DNA of 64,000 bases, taken from Haliotis cracherodii. Its lineage: Eukaryota. A model generated the notes under the pieces. The model was given only the letters and a program-made list of their open reading frames with translations, had not been told where the DNA came from and searched no databases. The translations under genes and the position numbers were made by a program. The stretch lies in contig NW_027266319.1 of the NCBI RefSeq assembly GCF_022045235.1, positions 55,924,001-55,988,000 on the forward strand. The letters are read 5' to 3'. Below are positions 25,501 through 38,050 of this stretch, one piece after another; within the stretch, counting starts at the first letter, position 1, and every line of letters starts with the position of its first letter.

Positions 25501-25878
25501 ACACAGGTTAATGGTTGAAGTTGGCAGGCACAACAAAATACCCAAATGTTTAAGATTATGTAAACAATGTTCTTTAAATGTTGTCGAAGATGAATTTCAT
25601 TTTCTACTTGTATGTTGTAAATATGACAATTTAAGGAAAAAATATATTGAACAGAAATACTATGTACATCCAAATAAATACAAGTTTATCTCTTTAATTT
25701 CACATGTGAGCAAAACGGCTATACAAAATCTCTCTCTCTTTATATATCATGCCATGTTATTAAGAAATGAATCCTTGTAACATTCCTAACCGCTTCCACA
25801 TTGTCATGTATTCTGTACTATGGGCCTGTGGCCTTACAGTTATATATGAATAAACTGATTGAACTGATTGATTGATTG
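22585..25878 (+). mobile_element. Nested 5'-truncated LINE, RTEX-like
   Basis: TSD ATTGAACCACCGT at 22572-22584 and 25879-25891; short 3' UTR, AATAAA and (ATTG)n tail; clade call rests on motif similarity only. Confidence 0.88.
22592..25780 (+). CDS. APE endonuclease (partial) and reverse transcriptase ORF of the nested LINE
   Basis: 1062-codon open frame: GDFNART, SVIDY, NYRGITL, QAGFR, FVDFSKAFD, GVRQGCVLSP, LFADD, YKYLG, C-terminal CxxC...EDEFHFLLVC. Confidence 0.92.
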   Translation: MNHLLAYVKNSWITANGVYLLLDRSLFGLEKHVLYCCVYIHPEGSTWYDSNVGSKNGILLFQDELLDILGDVGDVSCILGGDFNARTGKEPDYVEDDILEYLHGQDTSYWDFLLDRFNLCRYSNDTILNNFGKCFINLCAVLNVHIMNGRCGSDSEKGDFTFVGNAGASVIDYIISTIDIFDLCQNFDIESRHESQHLPITMSLRALHSGGKTSFENAYHSHSMFKWDNSKADIFQERLLSDTFACLLREAIDSVFTNIDESVSLFTEAITYAGNVMKREVTPNRESKQWFDWECELLKKERCTLLNHFRKLKDKDSLTKYTDSKNKYKATCRKKKQNFMDRSREKLEESISSSKQFWTILKNISKKKETKSNIEMHEWFNYFKNLFSGDDSTNNFPLNSFDNDETNFATEILDSPISKEEIKSVIQNLKNLKSPGFDKLITEFFKYSLDNTLSYLEILFNTIMDTSYFPKGWTLGTIVPIHKKGSVTDVENYRGITLTSIFSKIFLSIINKRLVLWSEALDKIEEEQAGFRQGYSTTDNMFILQALIDRYIQRKRGKLYAIFVDFSKAFDSVCRDKLWYLFNSHGVSNKMGKLLCGIYKEVKSCVKQNGMYSDSFICHTGVRQGCVLSPFLFCFFINELAAQIKRNYDDGIQLHPELIKIFMLLFADDIIMFSSTVKGLQTLINQLELYCDTWKLNANLDKTKIVVFSKGNTLSKNEKWYFRGQLLQTETSYKYLGVIFSSKLSWNRHICNAAIQAKKMLLGILQTFEHFSECAYKSFFKIFDTKIAPILSYGSEIWGFAEAKEIESVHLYACKIFLGVKHSTSNVMVYGECGRMPLYIYHYLKIIRYWLKLLKMPVSRLPKKCYNMMLLYEKNGDQNWAYNVKCLLYKCGYGYIWENQCFLENHAMFISKIRQTLFDMYFQTWRSTVDVSSKCEYYRYFKMQICAEKYLTDVNIRKCRISLTQFRCSSHRLMVEVGRHNKIPKCLRLCKQCSLNVVEDEFHFLLVCCKYDNLRKKYIEQKYYVHPNKYKFISLISHVSKTAIQNLSLFIYHAMLLRNESL

Positions 25879-28800
25879 ATTGAACCACCGTGACTCCATC
25901 AAATAACCTACTCCAATGGAATTGCAGAGGACTTAGAAATAATTTTAATGACATTCAATTATTGATACAGGATTTTAAACCGTCTGCTTTATGTCTACAG
26001 GAGACATACCTTAAAAGTACTGACAAATTTGATATTAGGCAGTATAACTGTCATCATTCATATTCTCCCCCGGGCGACAAAGCAACTCAATTCAAATCTT
26101 CAAGCTGTTGCAGTTCGTTTAACTTTGAACATTGTCTTTACCCTGTGTTCCTTGTATATTGCTCCATCCACTATGCTTCGACAAACAGATCTTCAAAATC
26201 TATATGATCAGCTACCCAAGCCATGCATAATCGTGGGTGATTTGAATGGACACAACCCTTTATGGGGAAGTGTTACCACAAACAATAAAGGGAAAATATT
26301 TGAGGAATTCATTTCAGATAATGATTTTTAAGGATCTGTAATGATGATTCAAACACTTATTTACATCCTGCCACTGGAACGTACTCATCTCTTGATCTGT
26401 CTCTCACCGATTCAAATCTATTTAAGGAATTTGACTGGTCGGTCCATGATGACCTCTGCGGAAGTGATCACTTTCCCACCATTCTTAAAGCTGTGAACCC
26501 GAATCCTGAAAACTCGACATCCAGGTGGAATTTTAAGAACGCCGATTGGTCATTATATGAAATATTGTGCACTGCAAAATTAACCCCTCATCATTTTCAA
26601 AATGTTGAAGATCCGATTCAATTGTTTTCAGATCAGCTCAATGAAATAGGAAGGAAGGTGATCAGTTATTAACTGATAAATCAGACATTGCCAATAAACT
26701 TGGTGAAACATTGGCAAAACATTCGTCATCGTCTAATTATGCCCCTGAATTCATAAAATATCAGAAACAACAGGAAAAGAAAAATGTTAATTTTAACTCT
26801 GATAACGGGGAAGACTATAATGAAGTGTTTTCCTTCCATGAGCTACATACAGCCCTTGGGCAAGCTACAGGGGCTGGTGCTGATAATATTCACTATCAGC
26901 TCCTGAAACATTTGCCTGATTCATGTCTAGAAACACTATTAGATATATTTGACCACATATGGACGTCGGGGAATTTTCCTCCTTCTAGGCATAATGCCAT
27001 TGTAGTCCCTATCCCAAAGCCGGGTCGGGATCATACAGATCCATCCAATTACCGTCCTATATCTTTAACCAGTTGTGTCTGTAAAACCATGGAGCGAATG
27101 GTAAATAATAGATTGGTTTGGTTCTTAGAAACCAATAACCTACTAACTAATATTCAATGTGGTTTCCGCAAAAATCGAAGTACTATAGATCATTTAGTAC
27201 GATTGGAATCGTTTGTGAAAAATGCTCTTGTTAACAAACAACATGCTGTGTCATTTTTTTTTTTGATCTTGAGAAAGCTTATGACACTACCTGGAAGCAT
27301 GGCATTTTAAAAGATTTACACGAGTTTGGTCTGAGAGGCCGCTTACCACATTTTATATCACAGTTTTTAGCGGGCAGGCAATTTCAAGTCCGAGTGGGTT
27401 CAACCCTGTCTGACCATTATAATCAGGATCAGGGTGTCCCACAAGGAAGTATATTGTCAGTTACTCTATTTAGTATTAAAATCAATAGTCTTTAAAAGGT
27501 TTTAAGTGATGTAGTAGATGGGTCACTTTTCGTAGATGATTTTAATATATCTTGTCGTGGTAAAAATATGCACACTATTGAGAGACAGCTACAATTATGC
27601 CTCAATAAAATACATAAATGGTGTCTAGAGAATGGGTTTAAGTTCTCTAAAGTCAAAACAAACTGTATCCATTTTTGCCGCAAATATAAACCGCATACGG
27701 ACCCAGAACTGTTTTTGGCTGGTTTTCCTATTAAAGTTGTCAAGGAAGCCAAGTTCTTGGGTATTATATTTGATAATCATCTAACATTTTTACCACATAT
27801 AATATGGGGAGGGGATCGGACAACACTCCTTCATTTATATCGTTCTCTTATCCGTTCCAAACTCGATTATGGCTCCATCATTTATGGTGGTGCCTGTAAA
27901 AGCAACTTAAAATTATTGGATTCAGTACATCATCAAGGACTGAGGCTATGTCTTGGTGCCTTTAGAACTTCACCAGTTGACAGTTTATATGTAGAGGCAG
28001 ACGAGCCATCTCTTAAACAACGTCGAATTAAACTTTCATTGCAATATGTGACTAAATTATACTCAAATCCGTCGAATCCAGCAAACGACTGTGTGTTTAA
28101 TCCCATGTATGAAAATCTATTCCAGTCAAAACCAAAGCTTGTCCACCCTCTAGGGTTCAGAATTAAGCCACATATTACCGCAGCTACTATTGATCTTTCT
28201 ACTATCTCACCATACCGGTTACTGTCTACACCTCCTTGGCAACAAGTCAAACCAGAGGTAGACCTGACACTAACTACCCTAAAAAAAGCTGATACAAACC
28301 AGTTGATTTGTCAACAAGAATATGCCCAGTTGCGGTCAAAATATGATACCCATCGCTCTATTTTTACTGATGGCTCCAAGGATGGTGGCAAAATTTCAAG
28401 TGCTACTGTCATTGGATCTAAAAGGGTGTCTCCTAGAATCCCAGATAATAGCTCTATTTTTACAGCTGAGGCCAATGCTATTCTCATAGCTTTGGACTTC
28501 ATTCAAAACCAATCATCTCAACAGTTCATCATCTTTTCTGATTCCTTGTCATGCCTTCAGGCAATACATAATTGTTCTTCAAATCATCCGTTAATACGTG
28601 ACATTTTAGAATTGAATAATGTTCTCGCCACTGCCCAATACGACATCGTCTTTTGTTGGTTGCCCAGTCATGTTGGCATCGTTGGTAACACTATGGCTGA
28701 TACTGCTGCAAAGGCAGCCCTCTCCAAATCAATAACACCACTTCTTCTACCATACAGTGATTACAAGCCAGTAATTCGATGCTGCATCAATGATCTGATG

Positions 28801-30124
28801 CAAAAGAAGTGGAACACCCAAGTGGGTATCAACAAACTTATTGTTATAAAACCATCAATAGGGTATACCTACTTGGGTTGCTCTTCAAGATGAAGTTGTT
28901 TTGCAACGATGTCGTATTGGACACAGTCGATATACCCACGAGTAAAAGGTGAGGATCCCCTGTTCTGTGTCCCTTGTGATGAGCGAATCACAGTCAAGCA
29001 TGTTTTGCTTGACTGTGTTGATTTTTCTCTCACAAGGGATAAATATTATCATTCAACATCTTTAAAGGATCTTTTTTATGATATCAGTGCTCATTTAATT
29101 CTCGGTTTTTTAAAAGAAATACTATTATTTGATAAATTTTGAATTGTTTTAGAATAGTTGGATATTTTTGTCAACTGAGATGTATGTAGGCAGTGCCACT
29201 GAGGGGGTTAAAGCAGTGTAAAATTATTGTCCCCTGACAGTGGCACGTGAGTTCATATATATTGAAGTAATTAATATCAACTAGTGTTTTAATTCCTTGA
29301 TTGTGTTTTGTTTTTTAATATTGGTTAATATTTCATACAACCACTCGTGACCAAAGTGATGGCATAAATCCTGCTGGGAATCATGCAGGAAGCAAAAGAA
29401 CTGTAAGTCCCCATGATCCCCAGTTAGGTGGTCCAGCTTTAGTCGCCAGTGCTCTCTAGCCAGGTTTTACTTTCTAATAACTGTATTGAAAACGTCTTTG
29501 TTTTACTATTGCTCAGGTAAGTTTTATGTCTCCACTGTGATAATTACCTTACTGTTTTACTGTCCTTTGACGACAGAAATTTTAATATAATCAATTTGTT
29601 CTCATCGCGATATGGCTGCAATATTGCCGATGCGATGTAAAATTATAACTAACTCACTCACTCACTCACTATGCTGTAAAACAACATACACTCAAACCTC
29701 GCTGAATCCTCCAGAGCGCAAAGAGAAATTCTATCTCTGTTGTGGAACAAGAAATTCCGGTTTTTTTCCACGATCTACCCCAAGCATACCAAGAATATCA
29801 AATGGCCGGTCCACAACATAATACATAAATAATACATAAACACACTTCATATACACCCCTCCCGAAGAGGACAATTTGAAAGTGTGAACTAAAGTAGATA
29901 CTTATCTTAGCTAAGCTGTATGACTTGCGTCTTGTTATTCGTACAGTCAAGCTACAGAATGACACCCAGTTGCTTACAACTGATATGTAAATTTGTAGAT
30001 CCAAAATAAAAGAAACCAAAACATTTGCATGTTTAATAAAAAGCATCTTGTTGGGTACAATTTTGAAACTGAAAGCAGAGTTGTATGTAAATTTGTAGAT
30101 CCAAAATAAAAAAAACCAAAATTT

Positions 30125-30917
30125 TGGTTAAAGTGGTTAACAGATGTGACAGCAGCTGAACCAAAGTGGCCAGAGGACGCCCCACCGAGACAATATCTGT
30201 AAAGTGCGCTTATACAATAAAGTCAATTGACCTGTGACCCAGTGGTATTTTCATGCATCAGTTGTTTTGAAGGCCTCCAGTGTTTGCTGAATGGAAAATA
30301 TATTTTTCTCAGAGATGGCCATATACACCTCTGGTACACAAATATAAGAAATTGTAGCAGTATCCAGCTCGTGGTTTAAAACCTAACGTGGGACGCACAA
30401 ATTCACATATACCCCGTATGATACTGCCACAGCGATTAAAAATTAAAACAAATTGAAAACAGATAGAAAACCACTGCTCGAATGAGCTAAGGGTAACTCG
30501 TGATGTCTCTCGTGTCATTCTTTGACTCGTAAACAATGTGCAGCTTTTGTGCTTCGTAGCAGGGTGCAAGATATATGGCCTCGCTCATAAATACACGTGC
30601 AGCCTGTTTTCTTCATGTCGGGGTATACGGGATATATTGTCCCGCTCAGAAATGTATTTCCCTCCCACTTGAGATACGTAGAATTTTATCAGTATCACAT
30701 GAACCAATTAGATCTGAATATTCTGACATGGAGGTGTGATAAGTTTCTTTTAAATATTCTCAAACAATTTTTTTAGATAAATATCACACACAAATACACT
30801 TCACACACAGCCCTCGTAAAGAGGACAATTAGGAGGTGTGGACTAAGTAGATACTTATCTCTTTTCATATTTACATTTGCACGTTTCTGTCAAACAGGCA
30901 CTTAACATATTTTGGCA
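30125..30917 (+). pseudogene. Remnant of a tenth gene copy (upstream region only)
   Basis: Matches 2770-3564 but breaks off ~40 bp before the TATA box and joins a (TG)n tract; no exons follow. Confidence 0.75.
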
Positions 30918-30918
30918 T

Positions 30919-30962
<44 letters not shown>

Positions 30963-31875
30963 TGTGTTAGGAATGTATAACTATATGTCGTCATGATATG
31001 GCTGAAATAGTGTATTGTCGATGTGACGTTAACATTGAACTATCTCACTCACTCGCTTAACATAACGAGCCGTGAAGATCCGGGATAGAATAGGTCTTCA
31101 GCAAACCATAAGGCGACCATGCTTGTCGTAAGAAGCGACTAACGGGATCGGGTGGTTAGGCTCGCTGACTTGGTTGATGCATGTCATCGAATACCAATTG
31201 GGTGGAATTATTTTCATGATATTAATCACTGGATTGTCTGGTCCATACTCGATTATTTACAGACCGCCGTCATATAGCTGGAATATTGCTGAGTGCGGCG
31301 TTCAACAACAAACAAACAATTAAACATCATATACCTTTCTCATCTCATGATGATATTATTTGAATATATTGTTTTTGAAACTGCAAAAGATGTCAGTGTA
31401 GAACAATGTGAACAAACATATGCTCAACAACATAATCTGCAAAATGTATATTATATCAAGTATATCTGATATACAATATTTGTTTTGTTTGTTGTTTGTT
31501 TAATCGTACAATATTACCAGCAAAGGTAGTTCCTCAAAAGGAGTTATGACATGAAAATATGTTTGTTCACATTGTTCTACACTGACATCTTTTGCAGTTT
31601 TAAAAAAAATATATTCAAATATGACGAGAACATTATTAATATATGAAATTATACAAATAAAAACTTGCCTGCGATGGACAGTATCATAACTAGATTATCA
31701 CAGTTTAAAATTAAATCAAGTTGAGAGCATGTAAAAGACAACATTCAAGACCTATTCTATCCCGGATCTTCACGGATCGTTATGTTAAGCGAGTGAGTGA
31801 GATATGTCAATGTTAACGTCACATCGACAATACACTATTTCAGCCATATCATGACGACATATAGTTATACATTCC

Positions 31876-31947
<72 letters not shown>

Positions 31948-33412
31948 CAGTGATGGACAGTATCATAACTAGATTATCACAGTTTCAGATAAATCAAGTT
32001 GAGAGCATGTAAAAGACAACAACAACACATTATAAAAAACGGACAAGGAACCGTAGGGACGATACTTCTGCCACCTGCACGGTTCCCCAGCAGAATTGAC
32101 ACTATCCCTTCAGCTGCTGGCAAGTGTAGTCAGTTTAATCCACCAGTTAAAACTAACAAATATACTACGCTTATAAATGTGACAGTTTAAATTTACTTTG
32201 AAAGATGTGGAACGTATGTACCCTGTCAGGGGGACACTGATATAAGATTCTTTATTCTCCATAGACCACCGACGGTGGTACAAGAGCATACATAAAGTAC
32301 AGAGATAAATATAATATGTACATCAAGACGGCTGTGTGCATTTAGAGTTAGCATTCAAGGTGTTAAATACAAATAATACATATACATTAAGCATGTGGAA
32401 CGTATGTACCCTCTCAGGGGGACACTGATATCACTGTACTTGGATTCAACCACAAACAATCTCAGTTGCGAATTTGAAAACATGTTTTTACAAAAATATT
32501 AACAAAAATATTTCAAATAATTCTATATCCTTTAAAAGCCAATATTTAAACGAGAATTAATTCTACGAAAAAGTTCTTTAATAGATGATGATTTGAAACA
32601 TTGATCTTTCATCACAAGGGATGCAGAATGGAGGGTCCTCACCTTTCAATAAATGTTCATGACTTTAGCGTCAATGGCCAATACGACATCATCGGTTTTT
32701 GACCTTTCCAAATCTGGACTGACTAACCAAAATCGGTGTAAACGATGGTTGGTGTAATTTCATGTAGCGTATTTATACATGTACCTACTCGGGTGTCCCT
32801 CTTCTTTGCATGAGGGGGCACGGGTGGCCCAGTCGTCTAAGGCGCCGCGATTCCCTTGAACACACCAGAAACCTATGATTGTGGGTTCGAATCCCGGTTC
32901 GCCCCGATTATGTATGCTCTTGTACCACCGTCGGTGGTCTATGGAGAATAAAGAATCGGATATCAGTGTCCCCCTGACAGGGTACATACGTTCCACATCT
33001 TTCAACGTAAATTTAAACTATCACATTTATAAGCGTAGTATATTTGTTAGTTTTAACTGGTGGATTAAACTGACTACACTTGCCAGCAGGTGAAGGGATA
33101 GTGTCAATTCTGCTGGGGAACCGTGCAGGTGGCAGAAGTATCGTCCCTACGGTTCCTTGTCCGTTTTTTATATTGTGTTGTTGTTGTCTTTTACATGCTC
33201 TCAACTTGATTTAATTTTAAACTGTGATAATCTAGTTATGATACTGTCCATCGCAGGCAAGTTTTTATTTGATTAATTTCATATATTAATAATGTCCTCG
33301 TCACGATATGCCTGAAATATTGTCGATGTGGCGTTAAATATTGACTCACTCACACTCACTCGCTCAAACAAGTTTTATATAAGATGTAATTAGCTAGTTA
33401 TTGCAGACAGGT

Positions 33413-33583
33413 NNNNNNNNNNNNNNNNNNNNNNNNNNNNNNNNNNNNNNNNNNNNNNNNNNNNNNNNNNNNNNNNNNNNNNNNNNNNNNNNNNNNNNNN
33501 NNNNNNNNNNNNNNNNNNNNNNNNNNNNNNNNNNNNNNNNNNNNNNNNNNNNNNNNNNNNNNNNNNNNNNNNNNNNNNNNNNN
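33413..33583. other. Assembly gap
   Basis: Run of N. Confidence 0.99.
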
Positions 33584-34159
33584 TTATTAATCACTGGATT
33601 GTCTGGTCCATACTCGATTATTTACAGACCGCCGTCATATAGCTGGAATATTGCTGAGTGTGGCGTTCAACAACAAACAAACAATTAAACATCATATACC
33701 TTTCTCATCTCATGATGATATAAATTGAATATATTTTTTTTGAAACTGCAAAAGATGTCAGTGTAGAACAATGTGAACAAACATATGCTCATGTCATAAC
33801 TCCTTTTGAGGAACTACCTTTGCTGGTATTCTTGCACGATTAAACAAACAACAAACAAAACAAATATTGTATATCAGATATACTTGATATAATATACATT
33901 TTGCAGATTATGTTGTTGTACGATTGCAGATCAATATTATGTTGAACGAGATGGTGGCAGTGAACACATTAGAAATCAGATACAAGCATTACATATTGGA
34001 TCACCTGCTGTCTGAAATGACACCTGTAAAGACGTCTTTAATGAGCAAGACACAACACAGGTGATTGTTATAATTATTTATTGAAACTATTGACTTGTGG
34101 GAACACTATTCAGGAATACATCCTCGAAATCGCCTTCAAAGTGCGATGCCAGTGTCTCT

Positions 34160-35552
34160 TCAACAGAGTGATCTACAAAAGAAATACATCAAATCATATG
34201 ATCTTGGCATATTTGACATGAAATTATTGCTGAAGCATACATTCTCAGATACAGTTATGTTGAACGGATGACGGTTTCTACTATATAAAACGGATCATTG
34301 CAGTAAGATTTGCTCTACCTTACATTTGACTCACTGCTCCAAGTTGTTGATGCTCCTTGCGAACTCTTCCAAACTCACGCTTGAGTCTCCTAAATGGAGA
34401 AAGGTTGTTGCAGTCAGTCAAAATAAATGTTCAGGAGTCAGATTTATTCGGGAAAAGGGTCCACATTACCCATGAGAGTAAAAAATACAAACATTTGACA
34501 AATAATTACATTATTTTAAAAGTAATAAACATTTCATTTGTATCAATGAAGTTGAAGGCAAAAGCTCTTACCATTTTCATCTGAGAACGAAAGGAGCTCC
34601 ATGGCCGATCGTCTGTCCATTAGCGTCTCAGCTTCGGACAGGTCAATTGTGCCGTCCATGTTTGTATCAAGGTTATCCACATTACGTTTGCCTTGAAAGA
34701 AAATAGTCATGTTTGGAAAGATACAAAATGAAAGAACACGAATGCATTTTCGGTTAAGGAATATGAGATTGTGGTCACTTTTGATCAGGCTACGAGTATT
34801 GATATCAAATGAACATATTCATATACATCTACAGTAACATTCCAAAACATATACTCGTTTCCATTTCAAATCGTCATCGTATGTAGCTCTTCGGCTGGCT
34901 GACTAAGATTTACATCAAAACAAATAGCGAACACCATTCTGTCTCATTCTGTAGTGCTTAATGACATGATCACATTTTCATTATGTTCGTTTTCTAGAAT
35001 AGACTAGTCCATGTAATATTTTCATACATTCAAAAACAATGTTCGGTGTCCGTTTTCGTTCAGCAATATTCCAGGTAATATAACAGTGGGACTTAAATAA
35101 CTGGGTGTGGCACAGACAATCCAGTGACTTATATCATGAGCATCGGTCTACACAACTGCATGATTATAGAAAGCATCCTGTCGGTTACAATTTTTACAGT
35201 GAAAGCAGAGTTGGCCTTTTAGGCATTTAATTTATTACTTTCATTTGAACCTGATGTAAAAGAGAGACGTTAATGTACTTGACACACCACCGATTTGGTC
35301 CTACTACAGCCGCTCATTGTTCTATTACTTAAACCGTAACTCCATTACAGTTTGGGAAAATAGAAGATACTGTATGTCAGGCACTTAATGAAGTACTCTT
35401 TGGCTTCACTCACCCAACAACACCCTGGCTCCAATCTTTGCTATTGTGCCAACTGTGCGCCATCTAACGAACCGTCGTCTCCGTCGTCCCCAAGCATCAG
35501 ACTGAGGGATGGAGACTATGGCCACAAGCAGGAGGACAAGGAACAAACGCAT
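34160..35552 (-). CDS. Secreted cationic peptide precursor with two EF-hands, copy 5
   Basis: Coding exons 35552-35414, 34691-34572, 34389-34335, 34172-34160; open frame (ends QSLC* in the 108-aa model). Confidence 0.85.
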
Positions 35553-38050
35553 CTTGGGATGAATTCTGCAGTGAAAATAAATTGTTTTAGCGTGTGAGCG
35601 AGTTGGGTTTAACGCAGCTATTAACAGTTATATCACGGCGTGTCAGCTTAATATGGCCGCAGTGATGCAGGTTTTAGACGTTTACCACTTCGGCGAGACC
35701 CACGAGCACGGTTATGGTGCTTACAAACGTAGAAACATAATCGGGGTGAACCGGGATTCAAACCCACAATCTGGCGTGCCCAAAGAACGCAACTCAGCAC
35801 CGCGAATTGCAGCGCCTTAGACGACTGAGCCCCCCTGTGCCCCACTGAATTGTTTTAAGAAGCCGCATTCTCATGTGGGTGTGATTATTGTTGCTGATTG
35901 CCTTATGAAACGCTGATTGCTTAAGATGTAATGGATTTGACGACTGACTATCATTACAAACAATTAAATCCTCAGTTAAATCCACATTTTGTAACCGATG
36001 CCAACTGAAATGATAAGTTACACGTAAACTAATCAGACAGATAGTGCATTAAGTATTACTCACCAGAAGGACACGAGACAGGTCACAGTTGTTATGAATG
36101 TCGTGTCCCTGGTATTTATACATTCTTTCCGTTCATCAACCCGTGATGTGAATCTGTTGCCAAAATATGTTAATTGCCTGTTTGACAGAAACGTGCAAAT
36201 GTAAATATGAAAAGAGATAAGTATCTACTTAGTCCACACCTCCTAATTGTCCTCTTTACGAGGGTTTGTGTGAAGTGTATTTGTGTGTGATATTTATTTT
36301 TAAAATTTTTGTTTGAGAATATTTAAAAGAAACTTATCACACCTCCATGTCAGAATATTCAGATCTAATTGGTTCATGTGATACTGATAAAATTCTACGT
36401 ATCTCAAGTGGGAGGGAAATACATTTCTGAGTGGGACAATATATCCCGTATATCCCGCCATGAAGAAAACATGCTGCACGTGTATTTATGAGCGAGGCCA
36501 TATATCTTGCACCCTACTACGAAGCACAAAGCTGCACATTGTTTACGAGTCAAAGAATGACACGAGAGACATCACAAGTTACCCTTAGCTCATTCGAGCA
36601 GCGGTTTTCGATCTGTTTTCAATTTGTTTTAATTTTTAATCGTTGTGGCAGTATCACAAGGGGTAAGTGAACCAAAGTGGCCAGAGGACGCCCCACCGAG
36701 ACAATATCTGTAAAGTGCGCTTATACAATAAAGTCAATGGACCTGTGACCCAGTGGTAATTTCATGCATCAGTTGTTTTGAAGGCCTCCAGTGTTTCCTG
36801 AATGGAAAATATATATTTTTCTCAGAGATGGCCATATACACCTCTGGTACACAAATATTAGAAGTTGTAGCAGTATCCAGCTCGTGGTTTAAAACCTAAC
36901 GTGGGACGCACAATTCCACATATACCCCTTGTGATACTGCCACAACGATTAAAAATTAAAACAAATTGAAAACAGATAGAAAACCACTGCTCAAATGAGC
37001 TAAGGGTAACTTGTGATGTCTCTCGTGTCATTCTTTGACTCGTAAACAATGTGCAGCTTTGTGCTTCGTAGCAGGGTGCAAGATACATGTATATGGCCTC
37101 GCTCATAAATACACGTGCAGCCTGGTTTTTTTCATGTCGGGGTATACGGGATATATTTTCCCACTCAGAAATTTATTTCCCTCCCACCTGAGATACGTAG
37201 AATTTTATCAGTATCACATGAACCAATTAGATCTGAATATTCTGACATGGAGGTGTGATAAGTTTCTTTTAAATATTCTCAAACAATTTTTTTAAAATAA
37301 ATATCACACACAAATACACTTCACACAAAGCCCTCGTAAAGAGGACAATTAGGAGGTGTGGACTAAGTAGATACTTATCTCTTTTCATATTTACATTTGC
37401 ACGTTTCTGTCAAACAGGCACTTAACATATTTTGGCAACAGATTCACTTCACGGGTTGATGAACGGAAAGAATGTATAAATACCAGGGTCACGACATTCA
37501 TAACAACTGTGACCTGTCTCGTGTCCTTCTGGTGAGTAATACTTTATGCACTATCTGTCTGATTAGTTTACGTGTAACTTATCATTTCAGTTGGCATTGG
37601 TTACAAAATGTGGATTTAACTGAGGATTTAATTGTTTGTAATGATAGTCAATCGTCAAATCCATTACATCTTAAGCAATCAGCGTTTCATAAGGCAATCA
37701 GCAACAATAATCACACCCACATGAGAATGCGGCTTCTTAAAACAATTCAGTGGGGCCTGAGGGGCTCAGTCGTCTAAGGCGCCGCAATTCGCGGTGCTGA
37801 GTTGCGTTCCTTGGGCACGCCAGATTGTGGGTTCGAATCCCGGTTCACCCCGATTATGTTTCTACGTTTGTAAGCACCATTCCCGTGCTCGTGGGTCTCG
37901 CCGAAGTGGTAAACGTCTAAAACCTGCATCACTGTGGCCTTCCCTCCCATATTAAGCTGACACGCCGTGATATAACTGTTAATAGCTGCGTTAAACCCAA
38001 CTCGCTCACACGCTAAAACAATTTATTTTCACTGCAGAATTCATCCCAAG

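Larger units (their letters stand above)
22348..29668 (+). mobile_element. 5'-truncated I-group LINE (ORF1 end, APE-RT-RNase H ORF2, decayed) containing a nested LINE
   Basis: 13-bp TSD CTATGCTGTAAAA at 22335-22347 and 29669-29681; ORF1 tail ...NSFGPLDMEV...RERSPIEPP*; ORF2 pieces LLQWNCRG, LQET, GDLNGH, SDHFP, YRPISLTS, QCGFR, FTDGS with stops, frameshifts and deletions; (ACTC)n tail. Confidence 0.9.
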
